Positions 10,676 through 22,990 of a stretch of 64,000 nt of DNA are shown piece after piece. This stretch comes from a candidate division FCPU426 bacterium (GTDB lineage Bacteria; Oederibacteriota; Muellerivitia; Muellerivitales; Muellerivitaceae). The position numbers and the translations under genes are program-made. Where the stretch lies: contig CAVTWJ010000002.1 in the NCBI GenBank assembly GCA_963738405.1, forward strand, positions 128,001 to 192,000, written 5' to 3'. Numbering within the stretch: position 1 is the stretch's first letter; each line of letters opens with the position of its first letter. The notes beneath the pieces were generated by a model that saw nothing but the letters and a program-made list of their open reading frames with translations, had not been told where the DNA came from and did no database searches.

Positions 10676-10879
10676 TCCACCCTGTCTTTCAAGTTCAATG
10701 GCCCCTGGCCTGCTTCGGGAGGCGCCTAGTATAAGTGAGCGATTATTGGGGGAAGAAGGATAAATATCGGCCAGACCCCTCACGAAGCCCTAAAGAACAA
10801 GGTTTTTTTATGGGCCCCGATTCATTAAACTCGGTTGGCGACATCCCTATTTCCATGAATCCAAAAAGGAATCCCCAAC

Positions 10880-13039
10880 TTGTCCCTCTCGGTTTTCAGC
10901 TACAAGCCCCCCCACGACGGGGCTATTGTGTATCTACAAGATGGAAAACTGGTCTTTTCCATCGAGGGCGAAAAGGACAACCACAAGCGCTATTCGGGCT
11001 TTGATTCCTTTTACCGCGCCATCAAGACCGCCGACCGCTATGACGTCAGGCCTGATGTCATCGCCTGGGGCGGCGGCTCCTCACCCCGCGACCCCGGGGA
11101 CCTCTACCATGGCACCTCCAACGACATCATCGTGACCGAGAAAATCGACCTCTTCGGCCATAGCGTCTCCCTCTTTCGTTCAAGCCACGAGCGGGCCCAT
11201 ATCTTCTGTTCTTATGGCCTTTCACCCTTTCCCCAGGGCCAGCCGGTTTACGCCCTGGTTTGGGAAGGCGGCATCGGTTCTTTCTACGAAATCGACGAAA
11301 AAATGAACATCCATAAGTTCGAGACCGTGTTGTCCGAACCGGGCCAACGTTACGCCCTTCCCTACACCCTGGCCAATCCCCGCTATTCCAAAACCAACCC
11401 CGCCTGGTTCAGGACCGGATCGGACGCCGGAAAAACCATGGCTCTTGCCGCCTATGGCGAGGTACTCCCTAAGGAAAAGCGGCGGGATTGGACAAAAGAA
11501 GTGGACGTCTTCATGAAATACAAGATGTCCTTCGAGGCCCCCGACCCCTTCCAACCCCAAAAACAAAAGAACGTGGAAGAACTGTTGGAGCAGGTGCAGA
11601 AAATCGGGCTTGTGGATATCGGGGTGGAAACGGACGATTTTAAGGATTTCACCTATGCCCTGAGCAACCAAATATTCGATGTCTTTTACAAGTTCGCCAG
11701 GGCCAACCTCACCAAGGGCTATCCCTTGATTATCAGCGGCGGCTGCGGTCTGAACTGTGATTGGAATACCCATTGGAAAGATAGCGGGATTTTCGCCGAC
11801 ATCTTCATTCCCCCTAACACCAACGACAGCGGGATCGCCCTCGGCATGGCCATCGACGCGCAAAGGCATTTCGTCGGGAACGCCAAGCTCGATTGGACAG
11901 TCTATAGCGGGGAAACCTTTATCGAGGACGCCTTCGAAACCCCCGGCTTTGACCAGCACGAGTTCAGCTTCGACCAGGTGGCCTCTCTTTTGGAGCAGGG
12001 CAAGGTCTTGGGCTGGGTGGAAGGAAAATACGAAATCGGACCCCGAGCCCTCTGTCACCGCTCGCTCCTGGCCGCGCCCTTCAAGGCGGAAATGACCGAG
12101 CGTTTGAACAAGATCAAAAAACGCGAGAATTTTCGGCCCATCGCGCCCGTTTGCCTGGAAGAGGAGGTTTCGGAGCATTTCGATTGGCGCGGGCCCAGCC
12201 CCTTCATGCTGTTCTTCCAAAAGGTCAAGTCGCCCCGGCTTCAGGCGGTCACTCACATCAACGGCACCGCGCGGGTACAGACCGTGAACGAAAAAACCAA
12301 CCCCCGCATGACGGAACTGCTCCGGGCCTTCAAGAAAAAAACGGGCTTCGGGGTCCTGTGCAACACTTCCCTTAATTTTCCCGGCATGGGCTTCATCAAC
12401 CGAATATCCGATTTGGTCCGCTACGCCCAAATATCAGGTTTGGACGGCTTTGTGGTAGAGGACCGGCTCTATCTGAAAAGGGTTCCAGTCCTGGAACAGT
12501 CGGAGGTCAAGGCCGCGCCCCAGCCCATCCGACCCTATCTGGATTTGACCCGTGAAATCACGGTTTTCCAGCTCAAAAATAAAATCGAGACCCACATCAC
12601 GCCACAAGCCGTCACCCTCCATTTTGACGCCAAGACGGACATCTGTATCTTCAGCTGCCCCTCGAATGTCTTTCCCTTCGCCGCGCCCGGCGTGGTGGAT
12701 TTAAGCAGCTATCATTTTTTCCGGTTCCAGGCCCTAATCCCCAAGGACCTTCAATTTTTCGTGACCCTCACCGAATCCGGGGCCAACGCCCCCGAAAGCA
12801 CGAATTTTCCGGGGGTGAATGGGGCCGATGGGGAGCGCTACGGCTTTCCCTTGATGCAGGGCGCGGGCGTGTGGCAAAGCTACCAGATCGACCTAGCCGC
12901 CAGGGAAAAATGGAAATATTGGGGTAACCAGCACGGGAACAATGTTTTGGACCTGCAGGGCCTTCGGTCGGTCGATTTTTTCGTCAAGGGAAACCAACAA
13001 GGCGAGATCCAGTTAAAAGACTTAGAATTTCTTATTTAA
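10880..13039 (+). CDS. Carbamoyltransferase, NodU/CmcH family, with C-terminal extension
   Basis: HDGA, HERAH, SGGCGLN, NDSG, EIGPRAL, KRENFRPIAP, TARVQTV, NTSLN. Confidence 0.9.
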   Translation: MSLSVFSYKPPHDGAIVYLQDGKLVFSIEGEKDNHKRYSGFDSFYRAIKTADRYDVRPDVIAWGGGSSPRDPGDLYHGTSNDIIVTEKIDLFGHSVSLFRSSHERAHIFCSYGLSPFPQGQPVYALVWEGGIGSFYEIDEKMNIHKFETVLSEPGQRYALPYTLANPRYSKTNPAWFRTGSDAGKTMALAAYGEVLPKEKRRDWTKEVDVFMKYKMSFEAPDPFQPQKQKNVEELLEQVQKIGLVDIGVETDDFKDFTYALSNQIFDVFYKFARANLTKGYPLIISGGCGLNCDWNTHWKDSGIFADIFIPPNTNDSGIALGMAIDAQRHFVGNAKLDWTVYSGETFIEDAFETPGFDQHEFSFDQVASLLEQGKVLGWVEGKYEIGPRALCHRSLLAAPFKAEMTERLNKIKKRENFRPIAPVCLEEEVSEHFDWRGPSPFMLFFQKVKSPRLQAVTHINGTARVQTVNEKTNPRMTELLRAFKKKTGFGVLCNTSLNFPGMGFINRISDLVRYAQISGLDGFVVEDRLYLKRVPVLEQSEVKAAPQPIRPYLDLTREITVFQLKNKIETHITPQAVTLHFDAKTDICIFSCPSNVFPFAAPGVVDLSSYHFFRFQALIPKDLQFFVTLTESGANAPESTNFPGVNGADGERYGFPLMQGAGVWQSYQIDLAAREKWKYWGNQHGNNVLDLQGLRSVDFFVKGNQQGEIQLKDLEFLI

Positions 13040-13073
13040 TCAAGCCTCAAACCCGTTTAGATTTTTGGGAATG

Positions 13074-13709
13074 TCATTTGGAATCGGGATTGTATTTCGT
13101 CTTGTAGCCAGGATTGACATCGGGCCTCATGGCGTTAGGATAGTTTTCATCGGTGCGTATATCCACCGAGATCTCCTTGATCTTCTTAAAGACCTCATAG
13201 GGCTGGGGGATGGCCCTGAAATAGCTGACCACGGCGGTACCCCGGTTGGTCATCACCCCGGTGTTGAATCGAATGCTCCCCACCCCGAAATGTTTCTCGA
13301 TAGGCCCCACCGAAACCTCCAGGTTGGTAATCTTAGGATAATCGAAGGTTTTGATGTCGGTACCAATGGCGCCAGTTTTGATCATCAGTCTGCGGTTGGA
13401 ATAAGCGTAAAAGGTTTTGGTGTGGGCCATCCAAAGCCAGCCCATGTAGAGCCAGCTGCCCCAGCAGGGGAAGGAGTGGAGGGCGAGAAAGGGGATCACG
13501 AACCAGCCGACTTCACTCTTGCTGCTCATGGAGGCAACAAGAAAAAACAAATCAAAACAACCCCAAAACAAGCCAAGGATCAAAAAGGGTATGCCGCTGA
13601 GCATGAAACAAACGGCGTTTGGCTTCCCAACCCAATAGAGGGTTTCGTTCTTGTCCCGAACCGACTCAAAAATTTCAGGCGCATAGTCGCCGCTTAGAAC
13701 ACCAGGCAT
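13074..13709 (-). CDS. Bacterial PH-domain (bPH_2-like) membrane protein
   Basis: ETLYWVGKP, 2 TM, YAYSNRRLMIKTG; likely start MPGVLSG. Confidence 0.75.
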   Translation of the reverse strand: MPGVLSGDYAPEIFESVRDKNETLYWVGKPNAVCFMLSGIPFLILGLFWGCFDLFFLVASMSSKSEVGWFVIPFLALHSFPCWGSWLYMGWLWMAHTKTFYAYSNRRLMIKTGAIGTDIKTFDYPKITNLEVSVGPIEKHFGVGSIRFNTGVMTNRGTAVVSYFRAIPQPYEVFKKIKEISVDIRTDENYPNAMRPDVNPGYKTKYNPDSK

Positions 13710-13717
13710 AGACACCT

Positions 13718-14038
13718 CTAGGGGTTTCGAGTTCCCGCAGCGGACCTTCCATTGTCTTGCGGCGGGGTAACCGCCGGAGCGGCATGGCGCTTGTGATGAT
13801 GGGTCGACTTGGGGCAAGGCACGGGGGTGCCCTGAGGGTTGTAGCAAATCTGGGGCTGGCCGGAGGTGCCGCCGCCTGTCTGAAAAAAGTCCACATGGCC
13901 ATAGGCGGTCGTGGTGGTTGCAGCCGGTGTTGGAGAAACGAAGGGGGTCGGCGTAAGGTCATCCGCACTTGATATCATAGAAACCATCCCTACACTAAGG
14001 CTCAAACAACCCATCACGGCCAATGAACGAATTTTCAT
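13718..14038 (-). CDS. Small secreted Pro/Thr-rich protein
   Basis: Signal peptide MKIRSLAV..., AGGGAG RBS, Cys pair and HHH. Confidence 0.65.
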   Translation of the reverse strand: MKIRSLAVMGCLSLSVGMVSMISSADDLTPTPFVSPTPAATTTTAYGHVDFFQTGGGTSGQPQICYNPQGTPVPCPKSTHHHKRHAAPAVTPPQDNGRSAAGTRNP

Positions 14039-14103
14039 GGTTGGCTCCCTTTCAACTGAACGATGAACCATTTTATCACTTCCTAGAAGGAAAAATGGTT
14101 GAA

Positions 14104-14634
14104 CTAGTTGGAAGGCGGCTGAAGGACGAGAAAAAAGGTTTCCACCGTAATCTGCACTAGATCCCCAAGGCATTCGGTTGAAACCAATAGTTCCATCCGT
14201 ACCTTTCGGCCTTCCTCGTACCGTTCCAGGTGGGCCGGCACATGTTTTTGGGGCCGGCCCGTTTTCAAGGTGGTTTGGGCAGCCTTGCGGATAGCGCATT
14301 CCAGGCAGGCCGGGGTACCGCCGCACCGCTCCGGCATTTGGGAATTCAGACATCCCAAAAACTCGCCCCCTAAAAGCCCCGTAGGCGGGGAAGCCCCGCC
14401 GCACAGTTTTTTCAAACAGCTTTCGTTGCTGGCCAGCACGCGTAAATCCCGGTCCACCAGCAGCACCGGAAACTCCACCGCTTGCTGAAACTTTTCGAGT
14501 TCTTCTCCCTTTAATTTGCTTCGAAAGGATTCCTGACATTTGGGACAGACGTCATAGGCAGGGTGACTTGTCCCGCTACCTTTCCTCAGAAAAAGAACCT
14601 TCCCGCAATTGGAACAAAGGGTTTTGGTAGTCAT
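14104..14634 (-). CDS. Cys-rich PAS-like domain protein
   Basis: CxxC zinc-ribbon N-terminus; PVLLVDRDLRVLASN and GxxxGC...CG...CxxCxIR. Confidence 0.65.
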   Translation of the reverse strand: MTTKTLCSNCGKVLFLRKGSGTSHPAYDVCPKCQESFRSKLKGEELEKFQQAVEFPVLLVDRDLRVLASNESCLKKLCGGASPPTGLLGGEFLGCLNSQMPERCGGTPACLECAIRKAAQTTLKTGRPQKHVPAHLERYEEGRKVRMELLVSTECLGDLVQITVETFFLVLQPPSN

Positions 14635-14762
14635 TCCAAGCTCCGATCTTCAAAAGGAAGAGAAAAGGGCTGGGGAAAGCATAGACTCTGGCAGGCAGTG
14701 GGGATATCAACCCAGGGGATGGAAAAAGTCTACAATGAGCAAAAGGAATTCAGGAGACAACA

Positions 14763-15119
14763 ATGGCCGAATGGCTCTTCAACAGCAAAGGGGTTCCTTC
14801 CCTGATCTTGGATGGAACCATGGTGCGCGACCAGCGGGGTTATGTGATCGGGTGGATCAACGGGCCCAACATCTATTCATCCCACGGAGCGCATATCGGC
14901 TGGTTCGAGGGGGGAGTGATGTACGACATCGACAATTGCCCGCTCCTCTTTTGCCGCAACCACTCCAGCTACCTGCCCACCAAGCCCGGTCTCACCGGCA
15001 CTTCGTCTATGCCTGGCTTCGCCAGCCCCATGGGTAAACCGGGCTTCCAGGGTGCCCACATCCGCCCCGGCCTCGCCCAGCGATGGAGCGGGTCTGACCC
15101 CTTGAGTTATTTTAAATAA
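14763..15119 (+). CDS. 4-fold beta-flower-like protein
   Basis: Repeated D/S-x-x-G-x-x-I-G-W units followed by a Pro/Gly-rich tail; AGGAG RBS. Confidence 0.7.
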   Translation: MAEWLFNSKGVPSLILDGTMVRDQRGYVIGWINGPNIYSSHGAHIGWFEGGVMYDIDNCPLLFCRNHSSYLPTKPGLTGTSSMPGFASPMGKPGFQGAHIRPGLAQRWSGSDPLSYFK

Positions 15120-16040
15120 TCAGTTCTTCTTCCAAACCGGCTTCAGGGTCTTGCCCGGCGCCGAAAGCAGGTCACCGCTCTTGCCCGCCCCCTTAAAGTC
15201 TTTCTTGATTTGAACAAATATTTTTTTGGCTTTCGAACTTAAGGACGCGAACCACTTTTGGCCGGCCAGATCGGTGAGTTGGTTCTTTTGGGCCCATCCG
15301 CTTTCTTCCAACGCCGATTCGGCCTTTTCCTTGTTCCCCTTCAAGAGCCAGTAGCGGAAAAGGTTGAAATTGGGGTACATCCGGCGCCCATCCCCTGCGG
15401 GATAGGCGTTGACCGCCAGGTTAAACAGAGGGAAGGAATCCTCCAGCGAAGCGGGGTCGGTCAGGCCTTTCTCCAAAAGCAGGCATCCCACCCGGTCGTA
15501 AAAGTCGCCGGACTTGAACTGGCTGAATTTCACCGCGTCCGATCGCAAAGGCTGCACCACGGTCAAGGCCTGGTCCAATTCCCCCTCCCGGTCCAACGAG
15601 TCCAGGTATTCAATGAGCACTCGCTCATCCCGGGGGTCCTGCTCATAAGAAGCCTTGAGATAGGGGATGGCGTCCTGGAAATAATTGTGCTGGTAGAGGA
15701 AATAGCCTCTTTCCAGCCCAAAAACCCTGGCGGAAATCTCGCGGTTGGTCTTCTCCATTTGCGCCGTCGCGTCGTTCAGGGCCTTCTGCCAGGAAAAGTA
15801 GGCGTAGACCGCCACAAGAATCACCACCACCGCGATGACCAGCCCCGTCATCTTTGCCTTGTTGACTTCCAACTTCACTTCATCGCGAAAAGTTCCGTAT
15901 TGTTTGAAATGCTCTGTCTCAAGCTGCAGCCGGGTCAGCTCGGCCTGCAGCCGAGCGATCTCCTTCTCTTTTTCCATAAAGGCGATGACTTCTTTCGACA
16001 GTCGGGGCATGGGCTTTCTCCTTGGTAAATAGCAAAGCAA
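15120..16040 (-). CDS. Membrane-anchored TPR-like protein
   Basis: Coiled coil, one TM, helical repeats ending in DP. Confidence 0.65.
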   Translation of the reverse strand: MLCYLPRRKPMPRLSKEVIAFMEKEKEIARLQAELTRLQLETEHFKQYGTFRDEVKLEVNKAKMTGLVIAVVVILVAVYAYFSWQKALNDATAQMEKTNREISARVFGLERGYFLYQHNYFQDAIPYLKASYEQDPRDERVLIEYLDSLDREGELDQALTVVQPLRSDAVKFSQFKSGDFYDRVGCLLLEKGLTDPASLEDSFPLFNLAVNAYPAGDGRRMYPNFNLFRYWLLKGNKEKAESALEESGWAQKNQLTDLAGQKWFASLSSKAKKIFVQIKKDFKGAGKSGDLLSAPGKTLKPVWKKN

Positions 16041-16178
16041 AATATCCGATAAGATAGCTCCATTGCTACACCTAATAGGTTTCCCGCAAATTAAATGTGG
16101 AGATAAACCGGGAGGGTCTCACTCCCATACGTTACTTATCAGGCCACCCGTTAAACGCTCTCCCCTCCTAACCCCAAC

Positions 16179-16212
16179 AAAAAAGCCAAACCCCAAAGGG
16201 CTTGGCTTTTTT
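16179..16212. terminator. Intrinsic terminator (A/T tails on both sides)
   Basis: AAAAAAGCCAA-ACCCCAAAGGGC-TTGGCTTTTTT. Confidence 0.75.
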
Positions 16213-16246
16213 GTCGCCTTTTCTCATATCCGATGGCCACGGCTGG

Positions 16247-16546
16247 TTACATATGCTTGGCGGCCTTTTCCAACCCGATCTGCACATCCTGGGCGGTCAT
16301 CACCGGCTGAAGCTCCAGTTCGGCGCCCAGTTCCATGAAGAGGGGCTCGGCGATCATGGGCACGTCGCTGTTTTCCTTCATGTCGAAAAAGATGAACCCT
16401 GTGCGAAGGCCGTCGGACAGCGCGAAATAGGCGGCTTCCGGCTTCACCATATCCATCAATTTCATTAAGACCTTCGATATTTTTCCGCTCTTGATGGCCT
16501 CGTTCCCCAATTCGTTATCCATCGTAAATTTCAGCATCATTCTCAT
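16247..16546 (-). CDS. DUF3303-like small protein
   Basis: KPEAAYF..DGLRTGFIFFD...EP.F..LGAE; start MRMMLKF with AGGGGAG RBS. Confidence 0.65.
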   Translation of the reverse strand: MRMMLKFTMDNELGNEAIKSGKISKVLMKLMDMVKPEAAYFALSDGLRTGFIFFDMKENSDVPMIAEPLFMELGAELELQPVMTAQDVQIGLEKAAKHM

Positions 16547-16647
16547 AGCGCTCCCCTTTGATCGTGGTACAGACAACGGAAAATTATAGGAAAGCACATT
16601 TAGGAATAGATATGCGGCGGGAAGTTAAATGGGAGTAAAACCCGCAG

Positions 16648-17052
16648 TCAAGCCGGACTGACCTGTACGGCCGCAGGCTGGGCGGTCATTCGGTTCAAAA
16701 AGGCGTTCAAGGCCGACTTTTGTTTTTCGTTCATGATCAAAAATTGTAATCCCGCGCCTTTAGGGGTCGTCCAAACCACCTTGGCGAAAAGGCTCAAGGG
16801 AGCCGCGCCCGTTTCAAAGACCAGCTCAAATTGGGATAGGTAGCCCACTTCAAGGTGTTTTTCCAACTCGATTTGCATCCCATTCAAGCTTAAATCCACC
16901 GCCACCGCGTCCACCTTTTCATTCTGCCAATTACGCACACCCCGAACAACGACCCCGTCTTGTTCTAAACGCACCAGCACGGGAATCTTGACCGAGAAAC
17001 GTGTCTTTACTCTTTTATCGGCGGATTGGGGAATAGGCATAAACACCTCCAA
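16648..17052 (-). CDS. PilZ domain protein
   Basis: RxxxR (KRVKTR) and DLSxxG motifs; AKVVW...GLQF. Confidence 0.88.
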   Translation of the reverse strand: MEVFMPIPQSADKRVKTRFSVKIPVLVRLEQDGVVVRGVRNWQNEKVDAVAVDLSLNGMQIELEKHLEVGYLSQFELVFETGAAPLSLFAKVVWTTPKGAGLQFLIMNEKQKSALNAFLNRMTAQPAAVQVSPA

Positions 17053-17154
17053 ACTCAGTGGCTCAAATCAGATCAACAACGGGGTTTATTTTAAGGGCCC
17101 CGGAAAGGATGTCAGCCGGGTTTTGAAATCTTTATCGATTCTTTACCGCGAATT

Positions 17155-17790
17155 TTAAGGAAATTTAGGGTGGGAGGGATTCACTTGGGATGTTGGAGTG
17201 AGGACGGGTGTTGAAACCGCCTTGGCTATTTCAGCTGGAGTTTGGGACGGGGTGGCCGTTCCCTGTGGAACCGGCGGGATTGAGGTTGTGGGAGTCACTT
17301 TAAGAGGGATGGCCCCCGGTGTGCCGACAGTGGGTGTTACAGCCAAAGGGGTTGAGGTAGGTACCGGCGCGGCTGGCACCGGCTTTTCTTTGTAGGCCAT
17401 TGTCTGAAAGTTAAATTGAACCCTCGCTTTGGTTGGAAAATAACTCACGCTGGCAATGGCCACCGTTTGGAACCGGTAGGTTTCAAACCACTGGGGTTGG
17501 CCGCCCTGAACTTGATGGTACCGGGATATCAACATATGGCGGAAAACACCCCCGTTTCTCATGCAAAACTTGGCCAGCCCCCCCTTTTCGGTGGGGAAGG
17601 TCACGGTGACATGGGGCCTGATCGTTCGGCTGTGGGTGTTGGCGTTGGAGACCTGAAAGGATAGCAGGGGCACCCCCAGCGTGTTGCCGTGGGAAAAATC
17701 CCTCCCCGGAAGGGTGAGATAGGCCACGTCGTCCGCCCAGCCAAGACCGCAGAGCAACAGTAAGAAACATATAAAGAAGCTTTTCTTCAT
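17155..17790 (-). CDS. Secreted hypothetical protein with Pro/Thr-rich tail
   Basis: Signal peptide, low-complexity PT C-terminus. Confidence 0.65.
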   Translation of the reverse strand: MKKSFFICFLLLLCGLGWADDVAYLTLPGRDFSHGNTLGVPLLSFQVSNANTHSRTIRPHVTVTFPTEKGGLAKFCMRNGGVFRHMLISRYHQVQGGQPQWFETYRFQTVAIASVSYFPTKARVQFNFQTMAYKEKPVPAAPVPTSTPLAVTPTVGTPGAIPLKVTPTTSIPPVPQGTATPSQTPAEIAKAVSTPVLTPTSQVNPSHPKFP

Positions 17791-17913
17791 GGGAGGCGAT
17801 TATATCAAATATGACCCTTGCCATACTTCGCCCAACTCCACTCCCCTAATCTATTCCCACGCGAGGCTTTAACAGGCGGTAAAAAATCCCGAAAACGGAT
17901 TTTTGCATCTAAT

Positions 17914-19439
<1,526 letters not shown>

Positions 19440-19443
19440 CCCC

Positions 19444-20379
19444 ATGGGAAAAATATACCAAGACATCACTAAAACAGTGGGGCGCACCCCGCTCGTTCGC
19501 CTTAACCGCGTCACCGAAGGCGCAAAGGCGCGGGTGCTGGCCAAGCTGGAGTTTTTTAATCCCCAATCGAGCGTAAAAGACCGCATCGGGGAAGCGATGA
19601 TCACGGACGCCGAGTTGAGAGGCATCCTTAAAAAAGACACGGTGATTATTGAACCCACCAGCGGCAACACCGGGGTGGGACTCGCCTTTGTGGCGGCGGC
19701 CCGTGGTTACCGGCTGATTTTGGTCATGCCCGACACCATGAGCCTGGAACGCCGGCAGCTCATGCGCATCTTTGGCGCCGAGTTGGTCCTCACCGAAGGC
19801 GCCAAGGGCATGAAGGGCGCGATCGCGAAGGCGGAGGAATTATCCCAGCAGATGCCCAATAGCTGGATACCCCAGCAGTTCAACAACCCCGCAAATCCGG
19901 AGATTCACCGCCAAACCACCGCCGAGGAAATATGGAACGATACCGACGGTAAGGCGGACATCCTCATTTCGGGCGTAGGCACGGGGGGCACTTTGACCGG
20001 CGTGGCCGAAGTCATTAAAAAACGCAAACCCTCTTTCAAGGTTATCGCCGTGGAACCCGACGCTTCCCCAGTGTTATCGGGCGGCGAGCCCGGGCCCCAT
20101 AAAATTCAGGGTATCGGCGCTGGGTTTGTGCCCAAGGTCCTCAACCGGGGCATGATCGATGAGGTCATCCGGGTCACCCAGGACCAGGCTGGCGAAACCG
20201 CCAGGGCCATGGCTAAAAAGGAAGGTATTTTAGTAGGTATCTCCGGTGGAGCGGCGGTTTGGGCCGCGCTTCACGTGGCCCAGCGCCCTGAAAACCAGGG
20301 CAAAAACCTGGTGGTCATCATTCCCGACTCGGGCGAAAGGTATCTTTCCACCTGGCTCTATGAGGAGGCCAAACAATGA
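19444..20379 (+). CDS. cysK: Cysteine synthase A
   Basis: [35 protein letters not shown]. Confidence 0.96.
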   Translation: MGKIYQDITKTVGRTPLVRLNRVTEGAKARVLAKLEFFNPQSSVKDRIGEAMITDAELRGILKKDTVIIEPTSGNTGVGLAFVAAARGYRLILVMPDTMSLERRQLMRIFGAELVLTEGAKGMKGAIAKAEELSQQMPNSWIPQQFNNPANPEIHRQTTAEEIWNDTDGKADILISGVGTGGTLTGVAEVIKKRKPSFKVIAVEPDASPVLSGGEPGPHKIQGIGAGFVPKVLNRGMIDEVIRVTQDQAGETARAMAKKEGILVGISGGAAVWAALHVAQRPENQGKNLVVIIPDSGERYLSTWLYEEAKQ

Positions 20380-21524
20380 GCGACCAGGGCCCAACCGAAA
20401 CAAAGGGTTTGGGAATGGTGGAAACCCAGAACTTTTCATTTGAGGGGCTGACCCTCGAAAGCGGGGAGTGGTTCGGTCCCGTGAACCTGGCCTACGAGAC
20501 CTACGGCAGGCTGAACGAGGATAAATCCAACGCCATCCTGGTTTTTCACGCCTTCTCCGGCAACGCCCACGCGGCGGGCTATCTGGAGGGCGACAAGGAC
20601 CCGGGCTGGTGGGACGACTTGATCGGCCCCGGCAAGGCCTTTGACACCGACCTCTATTTCGTCATTTGCTCCAACGTACTGGGAGGGTGCAAGGGCTCCA
20701 CGGGCCCGGGCAGTTTGAACCCCGCCAAGGGCAGGCCCTATGGTTTGGACTTTCCCCTCATCACCGTCGGCGACATCGTGGTTTGCCAAAGGCGCCTGGT
20801 GGAGCATTTGGGAATCAAGCGGCTGCTTTCCGTTTCCGGCGGGTCCATGGGGGGCATGCAGGTGCTTTCCTGGATGATGAAATACCCCGAGATAGTGCAT
20901 AGCGCCATCCCCATCGCCACCACCCTCAAGCACTCGCCCCAGCAGATCGCCTTCAACGAGGTTGGGCGCCAGGCCGTGATGGCTGACCCGGACTGGGCCC
21001 AGGGCCAGTATTACGGCGGTCCCCCGCCCGCCAAGGGCCTTTCGGTGGCGCGCATGGTGGGCCATATCACCTACATGAGCGATACCTCCATGGCCGACAA
21101 GTTCGGCCGGCAGAAAAAGTCCAACGCGGGCGCGGAGAAATTCAAGGCCGATTTCGAGGTGGAAGGCTACCTGAAATACCGAGGGGAAAATTTCGTCAAG
21201 CGCTTCGACGCCAATTCCTATCTTTACATCACCAAAGCCATGGACAATTTCGACGCCTCCTATGGGCGCCCCTTCCAGGAGGTCCTGCGGGGCCGCCACC
21301 TGCATGTGCTGGTGATCGGGTTCAAGTCCGACTGGCTGTACCCCCTTTACCAGTCCCAGGAAATCGTAAAAGCCTGCAAACTGGCAGGCATCCCGGCGAC
21401 CTACTGCGAGATTGATTCCACCTACGGCCATGACGCTTTCCTGCTTGAGATCGAGGAAGAAACCCACCTCATCAAGCATTTCCTCAAAAAGGTCTACAAC
21501 GGCTACGAGGTGGCCAATGACTAG
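20376..21524 (+). CDS. metX: Homoserine O-acetyltransferase
   Basis: [27 protein letters not shown]. Confidence 0.95.
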   Translation: MSDQGPTETKGLGMVETQNFSFEGLTLESGEWFGPVNLAYETYGRLNEDKSNAILVFHAFSGNAHAAGYLEGDKDPGWWDDLIGPGKAFDTDLYFVICSNVLGGCKGSTGPGSLNPAKGRPYGLDFPLITVGDIVVCQRRLVEHLGIKRLLSVSGGSMGGMQVLSWMMKYPEIVHSAIPIATTLKHSPQQIAFNEVGRQAVMADPDWAQGQYYGGPPPAKGLSVARMVGHITYMSDTSMADKFGRQKKSNAGAEKFKADFEVEGYLKYRGENFVKRFDANSYLYITKAMDNFDASYGRPFQEVLRGRHLHVLVIGFKSDWLYPLYQSQEIVKACKLAGIPATYCEIDSTYGHDAFLLEIEEETHLIKHFLKKVYNGYEVAND

Positions 21525-22110
21525 CCCCTGGAACCCGGACCATCGGGTGATTGTGGAATGGGTGGCGCATGGAAGCTCGGTGCTGGACCTTGGCTGCGGG
21601 GACGGGGACCTTTTGGTGCACCTGATTCAGGAAAAGGGTGTGAAGGGCCAGGGGGTCGAGATTGACGAGAAGGCGGTCTACAACTGCGTGGCCAAGGGCC
21701 TGAACGTGTTTCATGACGATATCGAGGGGGGCCTCACCGATTACCAGGACGGGGCCTTTGACTACGCCGTGCTGGACCAGACCTTTCAGCAGATCAAGGA
21801 AATCGACCGGGCGCTCACCGCGGCCCTTCGGGTGGGAAAAAAGGTGATCGTGGGTTTCCCGAACTTCGCCTATTACAAATCACGCTTCCAAACCTTTTTC
21901 CTGGGGCGCACCCCGGTGACCCCTTCCCTTCCCTACATGTGGTACGAAACCCCCAACCTGCATTCGGTTTCGATTTTGGATTTCACCGACTACTGTTCGA
22001 AAAAGGGGATTTTGATTGAGAGCCGAACCTTCTTGGACGGTGAAAAAAAGGTGGGCTTCATGCCCAACTTTTTTGCCCAAGTGGGCCTCTTTATGATCTC
22101 GATGGGTTGA
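21517..22110 (+). CDS. metW: Methionine biosynthesis protein MetW
   Basis: VLDLGCGDG, FPNF, WYETPNLH; follows metX with overlap; ATG at 21517. Confidence 0.92.
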   Translation: MTSPWNPDHRVIVEWVAHGSSVLDLGCGDGDLLVHLIQEKGVKGQGVEIDEKAVYNCVAKGLNVFHDDIEGGLTDYQDGAFDYAVLDQTFQQIKEIDRALTAALRVGKKVIVGFPNFAYYKSRFQTFFLGRTPVTPSLPYMWYETPNLHSVSILDFTDYCSKKGILIESRTFLDGEKKVGFMPNFFAQVGLFMISMG

Positions 22111-22124
22111 GAGGCTGGTTCGTT

Positions 22125-22886
22125 TTAGTGGCTTTTCTTCGCCGCGCGGTGGGGCAGGAAAAAGACGCAAGCCAGGATAAAAGCCATCAGGCACGCGGTG
22201 GCCGAATAGCGGCTTAAATTCAGGCCCCCGTGGTCGAGGGGCTTGTCCAAAAAATCCCCCAAGACCGCGCCCAAGGGACGGGTGAGAATAAAAGCGGACC
22301 AAAAAAGGATCGTGTGGGAAACCTTGGTCCACTGATAAAGCGCGAAGACCACAGCCAGCAAAATCACAAAAAGGGTAGCCCCCCCTAGGTAACCTAGCCC
22401 TTCCGAATCGGCCGTCCAGTCCCCCAGGGCAGTCCCCAAGGTCTGTGAAAACATGATGGTCACCCAATAGAACATCTCGGACTTAGGATCTTTTACCGAA
22501 TCCACCGCCACTGTGCCCAGGGTTTTATACCAGAGAAAGAGGGAACCCATGAGAAGGCAAAAGAGGATCGAGGAACCGCCCGCGTAACCGATGCCGAGCG
22601 AACGGTCGCAGAAATCAGCCATCGTGGTGCCCACGGTGGTGGTGGCGATGATGGTGAACCAGTAGATGTAGGGGTGAAATTTTTCAGCCTTGATCTGGAC
22701 GATAACAGCCGCCAAAAAAATAACCGCGAAGATAGCCGTACCCACCAGGTATCCAAGGTTCATGGACATGGAAACCATATCCCCGCCCGTCTCCCCCACG
22801 GTGGTGGCGGCGATCTTGATGATCCAAAAGAGGAGGGTGACTTCGGGAACCTTGCTCAAAGCGCTGTTGTTTGTTTTGTTTTTCAT
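22125..22886 (-). CDS. COG4705 / DUF347 membrane protein
   Basis: KVPEVTLLFWIIKIAATTVGETGGD; TRPLGA. Confidence 0.88.
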   Translation of the reverse strand: MKNKTNNSALSKVPEVTLLFWIIKIAATTVGETGGDMVSMSMNLGYLVGTAIFAVIFLAAVIVQIKAEKFHPYIYWFTIIATTTVGTTMADFCDRSLGIGYAGGSSILFCLLMGSLFLWYKTLGTVAVDSVKDPKSEMFYWVTIMFSQTLGTALGDWTADSEGLGYLGGATLFVILLAVVFALYQWTKVSHTILFWSAFILTRPLGAVLGDFLDKPLDHGGLNLSRYSATACLMAFILACVFFLPHRAAKKSH

Positions 22887-22947
22887 GTGTGTCCATTCTT
22901 AACCAGTTGAGCCCTAAAGGAAACCCATCCCGGCGGATTTCCGACAT

Positions 22948-22981
22948 AAAAAAGGCTGCCCGCATAAGCGGACAGCCTTTT
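22948..22981 (-). terminator. Intrinsic terminator
   Basis: AAAAAAGGCTGCCCGC-ATAA-GCGGACAGCCTTTT downstream of the YncE-like gene. Confidence 0.75.
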
Positions 22982-22990
22982 AACGGAGAT

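Noticed and set aside
13718..14539. 273-aa ORF as called in the track
   Set aside because: The upstream part overlaps the PAS-like gene; the credible start with RBS and signal peptide is at 14038
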